Source: Myxococcales bacterium
GTDB taxonomy: Bacteria; Myxococcota_A; Polyangia; Polyangiales; DASUME01
Direction of reading: 5' to 3'
DNA: 64,000 bases
NCBI GenBank assembly: GCA_047601445.1
Contig: JASGJH010000001.1
Coordinates: 288,001 to 352,000, forward strand
The notes beneath the pieces were generated by a model that did no database searches, had not been told where the DNA came from, and saw only the letters and a list, made by a program, of their open reading frames with translations. Shown piece by piece: positions 49,440 to 58,847 of this stretch. Each line of letters starts with the position of its first letter. Position 1 is the first letter of the stretch. Made by a program: the position numbers and the translations under genes.

Positions 49440-50435
49440 TCATTTGACCGAGTACTCCATGGTTCGAGCCTGGCCGCGTCGGACCATGGCGATGCTGAAC
49501 TGATCCATCTCGCGCAACTTCGTGTACGCCTCGAGAGCCGAATCCGGGCTCGACAAGTCGAAGCCGTTGATCGTCCTCAGCACGTCTCCGTTTTGGATGC
49601 CGAGCTTGCCGAGCAGGCTCGAGCGCCGAATGCCGTAGACCTTCACGCCCACGGTGCGCCCGTTCTCTTCGAACGGAATGATGCGAGCGGCGCGCATGAG
49701 CTCCGCCTGATTGGAGAGCACCTTGTCGAGCAGCGCGCGCGAGACGTTGTAGTTGGTGTCGCTGACCTGGGTGATGCCCTGGTTGAGGTCGTCTTCGCTG
49801 ACGCCGCCAGTCTTCTTCTCACCCGCCTCCGCAGGCGCCGGGGCTGGCGCGGCGGGAGCCGGCGGCGGGGTAGCCGGCTGGGGTGGCTTGAACATCGCGA
49901 TCTGGCAGAGCGGGCGCCCGGTGGGACGCAGGAACACGCGGTGCTCGCGGATACCGAGCACCTCGTGCCCGTCGACCGACATGCCCTGCCGGTACAGCAG
50001 GGACTTGCCCTGGGCTTCGATGGACGCGAACGACAGGTCAGGCTCTTGCGGTACCACCATCGACGCCACCAGGCGGATGGGGCTCGAGCAGAACTGCGGC
50101 TCACCGTAGACCTCGTCGCCGCCGCCGCCTCCTGTGACGGGAGGCTCCACGATCTCCGTGCTCACGGGGCCAGGCGCGTACCACTCCATCGGCCCAATCG
50201 TCGAGTCGAAGATGTTGCGCGTGAGAACGGCCTCGGCGATCTGACGCGTGGTCTCGCGCGTGTCTCCCGCGACCACTGGGGCGCGCACCTTCTGCTGCTG
50301 CTCCTCGGGTGCGAGCGGCAACAGCTTGGCCGCCACGATCTGCGTGGTGCCCCGCGCGCAAAGCATGGCGGTAAGCAGCAGCGTCACCAGGGTCGCTGAC
50401 ATGCGTATCGCGCGTCGCTTTTGATCTTTGCCCAT
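49440..50435 (-). CDS. gspC: T2SS protein GspC with PDZ domain
   Basis: N-terminal TM, RNIFDS, HR domain with Cys pair and [30 protein letters not shown]. Confidence 0.9.
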   Translation of the reverse strand: MGKDQKRRAIRMSATLVTLLLTAMLCARGTTQIVAAKLLPLAPEEQQQKVRAPVVAGDTRETTRQIAEAVLTRNIFDSTIGPMEWYAPGPVSTEIVEPPVTGGGGGDEVYGEPQFCSSPIRLVASMVVPQEPDLSFASIEAQGKSLLYRQGMSVDGHEVLGIREHRVFLRPTGRPLCQIAMFKPPQPATPPPAPAAPAPAPAEAGEKKTGGVSEDDLNQGITQVSDTNYNVSRALLDKVLSNQAELMRAARIIPFEENGRTVGVKVYGIRRSSLLGKLGIQNGDVLRTINGFDLSSPDSALEAYTKLREMDQFSIAMVRRGQARTMEYSVK

Positions 50436-50452
50436 CCGTCTCTTGGCTCGGC

Positions 50453-52009
50453 TCAGCGGTTCAGTGCCGCCTCGTTAGAGCAACCCCCGTGCCGGGTCCT
50501 CATCAGGGCCTCACTTGGCCGATTTGCGCCGAGTTGTCGCAGGTTTAGCCAATCCTGCAAGTGTCTCTCGCCGCGACATCTTGTCAGCGAGCGGGAGCCT
50601 CCCCAGGAGCCCAAAGACAAATTGTCATCGTCCTCGGCGACCGCTTCTTCGGTCGCTCCCTCGCCGCGCTCGGCGTCCAGCTTGCGGTAAATGGTTCGCG
50701 TAGCAATTCCCAGAAGTTGGGCCGCCAAGCGTTTGTCTCCCCCGGTGTGCTCGAGCGTCGCGTGGATGACCCGGCGCTCGATTTCCTCCAGTGGCGTTCC
50801 GATGGCGAAACTCAACGCCCGCTCACGTGGCGAGGCGTTCGCGATGGGTTCGGGCAGATCGCTTTCGTGGATCACGTCCTGGGTACTCAGGACCACCGCC
50901 CGCTCGATGACGTTCTCGAGCTCACGCACGTTGCCCGGCCAGTGATAGCCGCTCAGGCGATCGAGCGCCTCGCGCGAAACCCGCAGGGTGGGGCGCCCGT
51001 TCTTGCGGCTGTAGACTTCCACGAAGTGATCCACCAAGAGTGGGATGTCTTCGCTGCGATCCCGCAACGCGGGGCACGTGATCGCGATCACGTTGAGTCG
51101 GTAGAAGAGGTCCTCGCGGAAGCGCCCCTCGCTCACCTCGCGGGACAGGTTGCGGTTGGTGGCCGCGATCAGGCGAAAATCGGCCTTCTCGGTGCGACCT
51201 CCGAGCGGTTCGTAGGTGCCCTCCTGCAACACACGCAGGAGCTTCACCTGCACGTGCGGCGATAGTTCTCCGATCTCGTCGAGGAACAAGGTGCCCCCGC
51301 GCGCCTGGGCGATGCGCCCCTCGCGCTTGGCTGCTGCGCCCGTGAAGGCACCGCGCTCGTGGCCGAAGATTTCGCTTTCCACGATGGTCTCGGGCAGCGC
51401 CGCCAGGTTCACCGCCACGAACTCGCCCTTGCGCTGCGAGTGCTCGTGGACGTGGCGCGCGATGAGCTCCTTGCCCGTGCCGCTCTCACCCAGCACCAGC
51501 ACGTTGGCCGTGCTCGGTGCGGCCTGCGTCGCCACCGAGAGCGCTTTGCGCAGCGCGTGGGAGGAGCCGACGATGTTGCGCTGCTTGAGCTGGGTCAGCT
51601 CTCGGCGCAGGTCGCGGTTCTCGCTGAGCAGGGCCTGACGCTCGGCGGCCTTGCGCACCGTGGTCGCGATCTGCACGCGCTTGAGGGGCTTCTCCACGAA
51701 GTCGTAGGCGCCCTCCCGCATGGCCTGGACCGCGGTCTCGACGGTGCCGTAGGCGGTCATCACCACCACCACGCTGTCGGGCGCCACGGTCTGGAGGGCC
51801 TTGATCAGTGAGATGCCGTCCATACCGGGCATCTGGAGGTCGGTGAGCACCACGTGAACGCGATGGTTGCGACAAATTTCTAAAGCTTTTTGGCCAGTTG
51901 GGGCCACGAACGTGCGCATGCCCTCGCGCGTGAAAAGGCGCTCGAGGGACTCCAAGTTGGCCAGTTCGTCATCGACGACCAGCACCGTGATGTCACTTTT
52001 TTCGCTCAT
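50453..52009 (-). CDS. Sigma54-dependent response regulator (REC-AAA+-Fis HTH, NtrC/PilR-like)
   Basis: VLVVDD, TDLQMPGMDG, GESGTGKE, GAFTGA, LFLDEIG, WPGNVRELEN and HTH AAQLLGIATRTIYRKL. The last ~55 aa look like read-through into the promoter region. Confidence 0.95.
   Translation of the reverse strand: MSEKSDITVLVVDDELANLESLERLFTREGMRTFVAPTGQKALEICRNHRVHVVLTDLQMPGMDGISLIKALQTVAPDSVVVVMTAYGTVETAVQAMREGAYDFVEKPLKRVQIATTVRKAAERQALLSENRDLRRELTQLKQRNIVGSSHALRKALSVATQAAPSTANVLVLGESGTGKELIARHVHEHSQRKGEFVAVNLAALPETIVESEIFGHERGAFTGAAAKREGRIAQARGGTLFLDEIGELSPHVQVKLLRVLQEGTYEPLGGRTEKADFRLIAATNRNLSREVSEGRFREDLFYRLNVIAITCPALRDRSEDIPLLVDHFVEVYSRKNGRPTLRVSREALDRLSGYHWPGNVRELENVIERAVVLSTQDVIHESDLPEPIANASPRERALSFAIGTPLEEIERRVIHATLEHTGGDKRLAAQLLGIATRTIYRKLDAERGEGATEEAVAEDDDNLSLGSWGGSRSLTRCRGERHLQDWLNLRQLGANRPSEALMRTRHGGCSNEAALNR
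50479..50494 (-). promoter_or_regulatory. Sigma54 -24/-12 promoter of the gsp operon
   Basis: Minus strand CGGCACGGGGGTTGCT: GG-N10-GC spacing, near-consensus TGGCACG-N4-TTGCW, 43 bp before the gspC ATG. Confidence 0.75.
50574..50627 (-). promoter_or_regulatory. Two TGAC-N5-GTC(A) boxes, candidate upstream activator sequence
   Basis: TGACAATTTGTCT (50627-50615) and TGACAAGATGTCG (50586-50574), 41 bp apart and 80-130 bp upstream of the -24 element. Confidence 0.6.
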
Positions 52010-52010
52010 T

Positions 52011-52063
52011 TGACGGTTTGTCCTGGCTAGTGACCAAATGACATGGCGCTTGCTCGTTTGTCA
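52011..52063. promoter_or_regulatory. Three TGAC-N5-GTCA-like boxes at 20-bp period, upstream of the regulator
   Basis: TGACGGTTTGTCC (52011), TGACCAAATGACA (52031) and TGCTCGTTTGTCA (52051); the third overlaps a minus-strand TTGACA at 52064-52059. Confidence 0.55.
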
Positions 52064-52107
52064 AGGAATGCCATTTAGAGGCAGCCGGCGTGATAGGAGT
52101 GGTCGTC

Positions 52108-52530
52108 ATGGGCGGCATGCGACGCACCTTCGCTCGGGTCCTGGTTGGGGCTGTCTTGCTCGTCGGCGTGGCTGTACCAGCGCAGGCGACGGCCCCCGCG
52201 GCCACCTTGCGCGTGGCCGAGCCGCGCGAGCTCCAGGTCGGCGATCGCGCCGCACTGAGCGTCACTCTGACGCTGCCCGCACAGGCCGGGGCGCCGCTGC
52301 TGCTGACGCAGTCCGTGGAGGGCGAGGCGCTCGAGGTGGTGCGCGGTAGGTTGTTGCGCTCGGATGCACGGGACCCGCAGGCCTCTCCGCTCAGCTTCGA
52401 CGTACCCGTGTTGGCGCGCGCGCCGGGCACCAGCATCGTGCGCGTGCACGCGTTGATCTACCTGTGCGACGCGCAATGCGAGGCCGTGGAGATCGAGCAG
52501 CGCGTGAGCGTGCGGGTCCTGGCGCGCTGA
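52108..52530 (+). CDS. Small secreted beta-rich hypothetical protein with C-terminal CxxxC
   Basis: SD AGGAG, signal peptide (..VPAQA) and YLCDAQCEAV. Confidence 0.6.
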   Translation: MGGMRRTFARVLVGAVLLVGVAVPAQATAPAATLRVAEPRELQVGDRAALSVTLTLPAQAGAPLLLTQSVEGEALEVVRGRLLRSDARDPQASPLSFDVPVLARAPGTSIVRVHALIYLCDAQCEAVEIEQRVSVRVLAR

Positions 52531-52557
52531 GCTGAGCGGCGCCTATCCAAGGGCCGT

Positions 52558-54459
52558 TCAAGGCAAGAGCTTGGGGCTGCCCACCATCGCCAGCGCCTCG
52601 AGCTCGGCGCGCTCCAGAGTCTCGACCTCCAACAAGCGTCGGGCGATGGCCTCGAGGGCCTCCTTCTTCTGCTCCAACACCGATCGGGCCCGCAGATAGG
52701 CCGCGTCGACGATGGCGCGCACCTCGCGATCGATGGCCTGGGCCGTGTCCTCGGAGAAGTTGCGCTCTTCGCCCAGCACCGCCCCCTCCAGAAAGCGCAG
52801 GTTCTTCGAGCGGCCGTAGGCGAGGGGGCCCAGCTCCTGACTCATCCCGAAGCGGCACACCATTTGGCGGGCCGTCTCGGCCACGCGCTCCAGGTCGTTC
52901 TGCGCGCCAGTCGAGACGTCGGAGAACATCACGTCCTCGGCGGCTCGTCCGCCGAGCATCACGCAGATGCGGTCGAGCAGCTCCTCGCGCGTCATCATGT
53001 AGCGCTCCTCTGCGGGCAGCTGCAGGGTCGCGCCCAGGGCACCGATGGAGCGCGGAATGATGGTCACCCGATGCACTGGATCCGCGTGGCGCATGGAGAG
53101 GGCGACCAGAGCATGCCCGCTCTCGTGATAGGCCACGCGCCGCTTCTCGTCCTCGCTCATGGCTCGGTTCTTCTTCTTGAGGCCGAGCTGAATGCGATCG
53201 ATGGACTCTTCGAGGTCTTTCTGGGACACGGCCTGGGCGCCTACTCGTGCGGCAGCCAGGGCACCCTCGTTGATGAGGTTCGCCAGATCCGCTCCGACCA
53301 TGCCGGGCGTGCGCTGCGCGATCACCTTGAGATCGACGTCGCTGGCAAGCTTCACCTTGCGTACGTGGACACGCAAGATCTCCTCGCGCCCCTTGAGGTC
53401 CGGACGGTCCACCAGAACCTGTCGATCGAAGCGTCCGGCTCGCATCAACGCTTGGTCGAGCACCTCGGGGCGGTTGGTGGCGGCCATCAACACCACGCCG
53501 CTCGAGGCGTCGAAGCCGTCCATTTCCACCAAGAGCTGATTGAGCGTCTGCTCGCGCTCGTCGTTGGTCCCCATGGCCGCCAGGCCGCCACGTGACTTAC
53601 CGAGTGCGTCCAGCTCGTCGATGAACACGATGCAAGGTGCGCGACCCTTGGCCTGCTCGAACAGGTCACGGATGCGCGCGGCCCCGACGCCCACGAACAT
53701 CTCCACGAACTCCGAGCCCGAGATGCTGAAGAACGCCACGCGCGCCTCGCCGGCCACGGCTTTGGCCAACAGCGTCTTGCCGGTGCCCGGTGGACCGAGC
53801 AGCAACACCCCCTTTGGGATGCGCGCCCCCAGCGCTTGGTACTTCTGGGGCTGACTGAGGAAATCCACCACCTCGATCAGCTCCGCCTCGGCCTCGTCGA
53901 CGCCTGCCACATCCTCGAAGGTGACGCGCTCGGTGGCGGTTCGATCGTAGATCTTCACACGCGACTTGCCGAAGCTCAGCGGGCCCCCGCGCTTCTGCAT
54001 GCGACGCTGGGCGAAGGTCCAGAGCGCGAACAGCAGGCCGAGCGGGAGCAGCCAGCCGAGCACGAACGAACTCCACCAGGAGGTCTCCTCGGAGTGCCCG
54101 CTGACCTTCACGTCGTGTTGAGCCAGCTTTTCCAGCAGCTCCTTCGGGTCGTGACCCGGGATGCGCTCCGTCACCACGCGGTCGAACTTGTCGCTCTTCT
54201 GGTCCGGCTTGAGCCGTCCCGACAAGTCGTGCTCGCGCACCTCCACCTCGCCGAGCTTGCCCTGGTCCACCAGGCCGAGGAACTCGCTGTAGCTCACGTG
54301 CTTGGGGATGGGCGCCTTGAGCAAAAAGCTCTGCGCCAGCGTGAGGACGATGAAGCCGAAGAAGAGTGCAACCGTGGGCCAGTGGATACTTCCGCGAGGA
54401 GGTCGAGGCGCGCCCTCGGGCGCGCGAGCGGAAAACGGACTGGGCAAGGGGCCTCTCAA
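52558..54459 (-). CDS. ftsH: ATP-dependent zinc metalloprotease FtsH
   Basis: Two TMs, [30 protein letters not shown] and zinc motif HESGH. Confidence 0.95.
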   Translation of the reverse strand: MRGPLPSPFSARAPEGAPRPPRGSIHWPTVALFFGFIVLTLAQSFLLKAPIPKHVSYSEFLGLVDQGKLGEVEVREHDLSGRLKPDQKSDKFDRVVTERIPGHDPKELLEKLAQHDVKVSGHSEETSWWSSFVLGWLLPLGLLFALWTFAQRRMQKRGGPLSFGKSRVKIYDRTATERVTFEDVAGVDEAEAELIEVVDFLSQPQKYQALGARIPKGVLLLGPPGTGKTLLAKAVAGEARVAFFSISGSEFVEMFVGVGAARIRDLFEQAKGRAPCIVFIDELDALGKSRGGLAAMGTNDEREQTLNQLLVEMDGFDASSGVVLMAATNRPEVLDQALMRAGRFDRQVLVDRPDLKGREEILRVHVRKVKLASDVDLKVIAQRTPGMVGADLANLINEGALAAARVGAQAVSQKDLEESIDRIQLGLKKKNRAMSEDEKRRVAYHESGHALVALSMRHADPVHRVTIIPRSIGALGATLQLPAEERYMMTREELLDRICVMLGGRAAEDVMFSDVSTGAQNDLERVAETARQMVCRFGMSQELGPLAYGRSKNLRFLEGAVLGEERNFSEDTAQAIDREVRAIVDAAYLRARSVLEQKKEALEAIARRLLEVETLERAELEALAMVGSPKLLP

Positions 54460-55559
54460 TCTGCGTAGGGCACGCGCTCCATGGGCGGTCGAGACCCGTG
54501 CCAGCGCATCAACGACGTCTGGGCTTTCCCGGCGTCGTTGTACTCGATGATCGCATAGGTCAGGCCGCTTGCCTGCCCCAGGTAGCGCAAATCGAGATTG
54601 ATCATGTCCATCCAGGTTCCCGTGTTCACCAGCAGCTTGCCCGAAGTTAGGGTGCGTACCCGGGGCGCATGACTGTGTCCCACGATCAACGTGTGCACGC
54701 CGCGCAGCTTGGACAGGGCATGGGTAGCCTGGGAGTCATAGTCCCCAATTCCGACGATCTCCTCGACGAACGCGGTGGGCAGTCGGCGAATGCGCTCGAG
54801 CCAGGCGCGCACGGTGAAAATGCGGTGCCGCAGCCAGTGACCCGCGCAGCGCAGCAGGAACGCCACCGTGAAGCGCGGCTCGAACAGCAGTCCGCCCAGG
54901 ATGAAGCGCGTGAACGGCTGCACGCGGTCGATGTGCTGCTTCACGAGCTTGGCTGGGTTGAGCACCTCGAGGATCCACAAGCTGCCCCAGGGGAGGTCGA
55001 GGATCTCGGTGCCGTCCTTGAGCTTGCGCGTCATGCGCCGATAGTCGACTCGGTGGATGTGCTCGAGCTGGTGCCCGTGCCGAATCTGGATGCCCTCGGG
55101 CAGGTGGTACGTGTCCGTGGCCGTGATGAAGCGGACCCGTTCGGCGGCTTCGCCCGGAGCCACGTAGCGCCTGAACAGCTCCTGGGGGGCGGTGAACCAC
55201 ATGTCGAGATCGTGATTGCCGGGCAGGTAGACCAGCCGTCGCTGGGGCTTCTGCAGGAAGGCGCGCAGGGCCGCCACGAACCGGGGGTGACCGTCCAGGC
55301 ACATCCGTAGCTTTTGTTCCGCGACCTCGGCGGTGATCTCGGTGGGCCACTGGCCGCCGATCTGGACCTTGAGCAGGTCGAAGATATCGCCGTTCAAGAT
55401 CAGCTCGATCTGGGTGTGCTCGCCGCTGCGGCGGTCGTAGTGCTCCAGCAGCTCCGCGAACCGATCATCGTAGAAAAAGTCTTCGAGTGGGTTCAGCTGG
55501 CCTTCGGGAACCCCGGTGCCGAGGTGCAGGTCGCTGACCACCAGGCGAATCAACTTCAC
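54456..55559 (-). CDS. Calcineurin-like metallophosphoesterase (LpxH-like)
   Basis: SDLHLG, LNGDIFD, PGNHD, HGH, GHSH and NTGTW; stop overlaps the ftsH start. Confidence 0.85.
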   Translation of the reverse strand: MKLIRLVVSDLHLGTGVPEGQLNPLEDFFYDDRFAELLEHYDRRSGEHTQIELILNGDIFDLLKVQIGGQWPTEITAEVAEQKLRMCLDGHPRFVAALRAFLQKPQRRLVYLPGNHDLDMWFTAPQELFRRYVAPGEAAERVRFITATDTYHLPEGIQIRHGHQLEHIHRVDYRRMTRKLKDGTEILDLPWGSLWILEVLNPAKLVKQHIDRVQPFTRFILGGLLFEPRFTVAFLLRCAGHWLRHRIFTVRAWLERIRRLPTAFVEEIVGIGDYDSQATHALSKLRGVHTLIVGHSHAPRVRTLTSGKLLVNTGTWMDMINLDLRYLGQASGLTYAIIEYNDAGKAQTSLMRWHGSRPPMERVPYAD

Positions 55560-55783
55560 GGGGGACTTGGCTCCGTAACTAGGCGCACGCGATTCCCCAT
55601 ACTGGTCGGAAAGGGTCCGTGGCTGTCAAGTCGCTGGCCAGCCGGTCGCGGGGGGCGAGATGCGGGCGGTGCCTGGGGTCGTCGGATGTGGGCAAAAGCG
55701 GCCCGGGCCGGGGGGTCCGGGCGGGGTTCCGGGACGCCGACTGGGCTTGCGCGAGGACCGCCCGAAACGTCCCTACCATCAAA

Positions 55784-55812
55784 TTGACAGCACGTTCTTT
55801 CGGCCCTAAACA
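55784..55812 (+). promoter_or_regulatory. Candidate sigma70 promoter of fdxA (TTGACA-N17-TAAACA)
   Basis: Perfect -35, 17-bp spacer, partial -10. Confidence 0.45.
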
Positions 55813-55867
55813 CGCAAAACCCGGAAGTTCCTGGGCGTCAAAACGGACCCAGGCGAAAGAAGAGCGA

Positions 55868-56281
55868 ATGGCCTACGTCGTCGGAGAAGCGTGCATCAAG
55901 TGCAAGTACACGGACTGCGTTGCCGTGTGTCCCGTGGACTGTTTCTATGAGGGCGAGAACAGCCTGGTCATCAACCCGGACGAGTGCATTCACTGCGGCG
56001 CTTGCGAGCCCGAGTGTCCGACCAACGCCATCTACGACGAGGACGACCTGCCCGAGAAGTGGAAGGCGTTCAAGGACATCAACTCGCTCTTCTCCGGGGC
56101 CAAGGGCGCGGGTGAGGTCGACAAGGCTGGTTTCCCCAAGACCGTGCTCAAGGTGCTGTCGGACGGCTCCTTCAAGGTGTGGCCGAACATCAACGCGCAG
56201 AAGGCCGCCATGCCCGGCGCCGACGATGAGTCGAAGCGCGAGGGTAAGGCCGAAGAGTTCGATCCGGCTCCCGGTGGTTGA
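55868..56281 (+). CDS. fdxA: Azotobacter FdI-type dicluster ferredoxin
   Basis: [41 protein letters not shown]. Confidence 0.92.
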   Translation: MAYVVGEACIKCKYTDCVAVCPVDCFYEGENSLVINPDECIHCGACEPECPTNAIYDEDDLPEKWKAFKDINSLFSGAKGAGEVDKAGFPKTVLKVLSDGSFKVWPNINAQKAAMPGADDESKREGKAEEFDPAPGG

Positions 56282-56314
56282 ACCAGCGCACTAGTCCAAC
56301 ATCGCCTGCATCGG

Positions 56315-56345
56315 AAGCGCTCTCTCGGGGGCGCTTTTTTGTTTC
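56315..56345 (+). terminator. Rho-independent terminator of fdxA
   Basis: AAGCGCTCT-ctcg-GGGGCGCTT stem followed by TTTTGTTT. Confidence 0.8.
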
Positions 56346-56704
56346 CGGGTGAGCGCAGCGAGACGTCCCGCGCGTGGCTCCATGACCCTCTCCGGGAGCC
56401 CTCAGATCGACCCCCAAGACATTTTTTTTTCGCACGTGCGGACGCGCAAAAGCGCTCGCTGAGCACCAGGACAGGAACCCAATTTGAGTACGATCAGGGA
56501 GCGCAATTCGGACGCGGTGTAACGACTGCTCGTTCCCGAAGTTGGACGCAAGATTGCTCAGTTAAGGGCGCGCTCGAGACATATTCGTGGCGCTTCCAGA
56601 GCCCCTCACGAAGCTGAGCTTGACCACAATTGAGGGCAGAATCCTCTGCAAATCAGCGGCCCCTTTGGGGTGTGCGGACTGCGGCGATCTTGCCGTTCTA
56701 GGCG

Positions 56705-56726
56705 AGACATGCGCGTTGCAATGTCT
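56705..56726. promoter_or_regulatory. Inverted repeat AGACAT-N10-ATGTCT, candidate TetR operator
   Basis: Perfect 6-bp arms ending 44 bp before the TetR ATG. Confidence 0.4.
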
Positions 56727-56770
56727 TTCCGTTCCTCGAATCAGGGGCCTGGTGCTGCCATAGTTTCAGC

Positions 56771-57373
56771 ATGTCGGAAGTCGCAACCACCACGGTCCAA
56801 GAGCGACGTAAGGCCCAGCAGGAACGCCAGCGCCGGCGGCTAATCTTGGCGGCAGGCGAGACGTTCGTTGCACTCGGGTACGCAACCTCCACGGTTGCAG
56901 ACATCCTGAAAGCGGCAGGGATGTCACGACGCTCGTTCTACGAGTTCTTCACAAGCAAGGAAGATATCTTGCTCGCCCTTCTCGATGAGATGGTGAACGA
57001 GATACGAGGTGAGGTACAGGAGCTCACTCAGGGAGTCGAAGATCCCTTCGAGCGCGCCACGCTGTTGATGTTGGCTTACGTGCGTGTGGCGTCGCGCTTC
57101 CCAGTGGTGAGCTATCAAGTGATGGCGGCAGGCGGTGAGCCGCGCGTGCGTCGTCGTCAACACTTGTCGGCGTTCCTCGAACAGCTCAACGAACAGCTCA
57201 AGGCTGCCCATGAAAAGGGGTTGATCTCCAAGGCCCCGGACGACGTCACGCTGCGCATGCTGGTGGGCGGGTTGGATCACCTGATCCTCTCCTATCACCT
57301 CGACGGTTCGCGTGAACGCCTCGGTGAGACCGAGGGAGAGGTTCGAGAGCTGTTCGCCCGCGCATTCAAGTGA
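56771..57373 (+). CDS. TetR/AcrR-family transcriptional regulator
   Basis: RRLILAAGETFVALGYATSTVADILKAAGMSRRSFYEFFTSKEDIL HTH. Confidence 0.92.
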   Translation: MSEVATTTVQERRKAQQERQRRRLILAAGETFVALGYATSTVADILKAAGMSRRSFYEFFTSKEDILLALLDEMVNEIRGEVQELTQGVEDPFERATLLMLAYVRVASRFPVVSYQVMAAGGEPRVRRRQHLSAFLEQLNEQLKAAHEKGLISKAPDDVTLRMLVGGLDHLILSYHLDGSRERLGETEGEVRELFARAFK

Positions 57374-57579
57374 CGGGAAGGGATTGAAGGTCGTTCGAGT
57401 GCTCGGGGCGAGCCGCGCTCCGAGCACCGCGAGGCCTCGCGCGAGAAGCCAGATCGAGCTTGCCCTTGCGGCGTAGCGCATCGCGCGCTCGCCGCGGGTG
57501 AGAAGGACTGCGCGCAGGGGAAGGGGGAGCGCCGGTCAAATTGCCGGGCCGCCCGCGCCTGGCACACTTGCGCCCGCCC

Positions 57580-58818
57580 ATGACGCGCGCTGGTCGTTTG
57601 CTCGCGCGAGATCCCTTTCTCGCTTTCGCCATGTGTAGTGCGTGCACGCTCTCGCTGACTTCGTTCGCGAGCTTTCCGGCGTTGATGCCGCGGCTGTTCG
57701 TGGATTGGCAGCTGAGCACGCGCGAGGCGACCTTCGTGAATGCGGCGTTCTACGCGGGCTACGTCCTGGTCTCGCCCGTCCTCACGACCTTGACCGATCG
57801 CGTCGATGCTCGGCGGATCGTGCTCGTGTCCTGCGCGCTGGGCGCCCTGGCCGCGATGGCGTTCGCCGCGTCGGGCGGCACGCTGTGGTGGGCGATGGGC
57901 GCGCGTGCTGCGAGCGGAGTGGCCACGGCCGGCTCGTTCATGCCGGGGCTCAGGGCGCTGACGGATCGCGTCCAGGTGTCCCGTCAGGCGCGCTACGTGG
58001 GCTACTACATGGGCTGCTTCGCGCTCGGCACGAGCCTCTCCTACGCGGCTTGCGAGGCGCTCGCGGCGCGACTCGGCGCCGACCTGGCCCTCTGGTGTAT
58101 GGCTCTGGGACCCGCGCTCGCGATCCCGTTCGCGCTGACGCTGGCTCCCCTCGGTCTGCCTGCTGCGAGCCAGAGCTCGTGGCTCCCCAATCCGGCGCCC
58201 ATCTTGCGCAATCGGGCCGCCTTCGGCTTGGTGTGTTGCTACGGGCTGCACACCTGGGAGCTCTTCACGCTGCGCAGTTGGGGCGTGGCGTTCCTCAATT
58301 TCGCGCAGTCTGCCGAGAACTTTCGCGCGCCGTTCTGGTGGGCGCCAGCCACGGTGGTGGGCCTGGCCAACGTGCTCACCGTGCCGGCCAGCGTGTTCGG
58401 CGTGGGCTTCGCCGAGCGCATCGGTCGCGTGCGCTGGGTCGGGTCGGTGATGGTGGCTTCTTCGCTGAGCTTCGGAGCGCTGGCCTGGGCGGAACTCCTG
58501 CCCGCACCGCTCGCGTGCATGGCGGTGCTGCTATGCGGGGCGCTGATGGGAGCCGATTCAGCGACGCTCACTTCGGGGGTCGTGGCCCAGGTGCCGATGC
58601 ACGAGCGAGGGCTCGGGATGGCCGTGCACACTACCGTGGGCTTCTTGGGGGCGTTCGCGGGGCCGCTGATGTTCGGTCTCATTTTGGATGCGGCGGGAGG
58701 GCCGAGTGAGCCACTGGCCTGGACGAAGAGCTTCGGAATTTCGGGAGGATTTACGTTGCTTGCGGGTTGGCTGGTCCGCGCCTCGATCGCCCGCAGGGAG
58801 CTGGAACAGCCTTCTTAG
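57580..58818 (+). CDS. MFS transporter
   Basis: About 12 hydrophobic segments; LTDRVDARR and FAERIGR loop motifs, LHTWELF and DSATLTSG. Confidence 0.85.
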   Translation: MTRAGRLLARDPFLAFAMCSACTLSLTSFASFPALMPRLFVDWQLSTREATFVNAAFYAGYVLVSPVLTTLTDRVDARRIVLVSCALGALAAMAFAASGGTLWWAMGARAASGVATAGSFMPGLRALTDRVQVSRQARYVGYYMGCFALGTSLSYAACEALAARLGADLALWCMALGPALAIPFALTLAPLGLPAASQSSWLPNPAPILRNRAAFGLVCCYGLHTWELFTLRSWGVAFLNFAQSAENFRAPFWWAPATVVGLANVLTVPASVFGVGFAERIGRVRWVGSVMVASSLSFGALAWAELLPAPLACMAVLLCGALMGADSATLTSGVVAQVPMHERGLGMAVHTTVGFLGAFAGPLMFGLILDAAGGPSEPLAWTKSFGISGGFTLLAGWLVRASIARRELEQPS

Positions 58819-58847
58819 TCCGGCCGGTATGATCTAGAGTTTGCGGC

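Noticed and set aside
55600..55629. Minus-strand TTGACA promoter for the metallophosphoesterase-ftsH pair
   Set aside because: No plausible -10 at 16-18 bp spacing.
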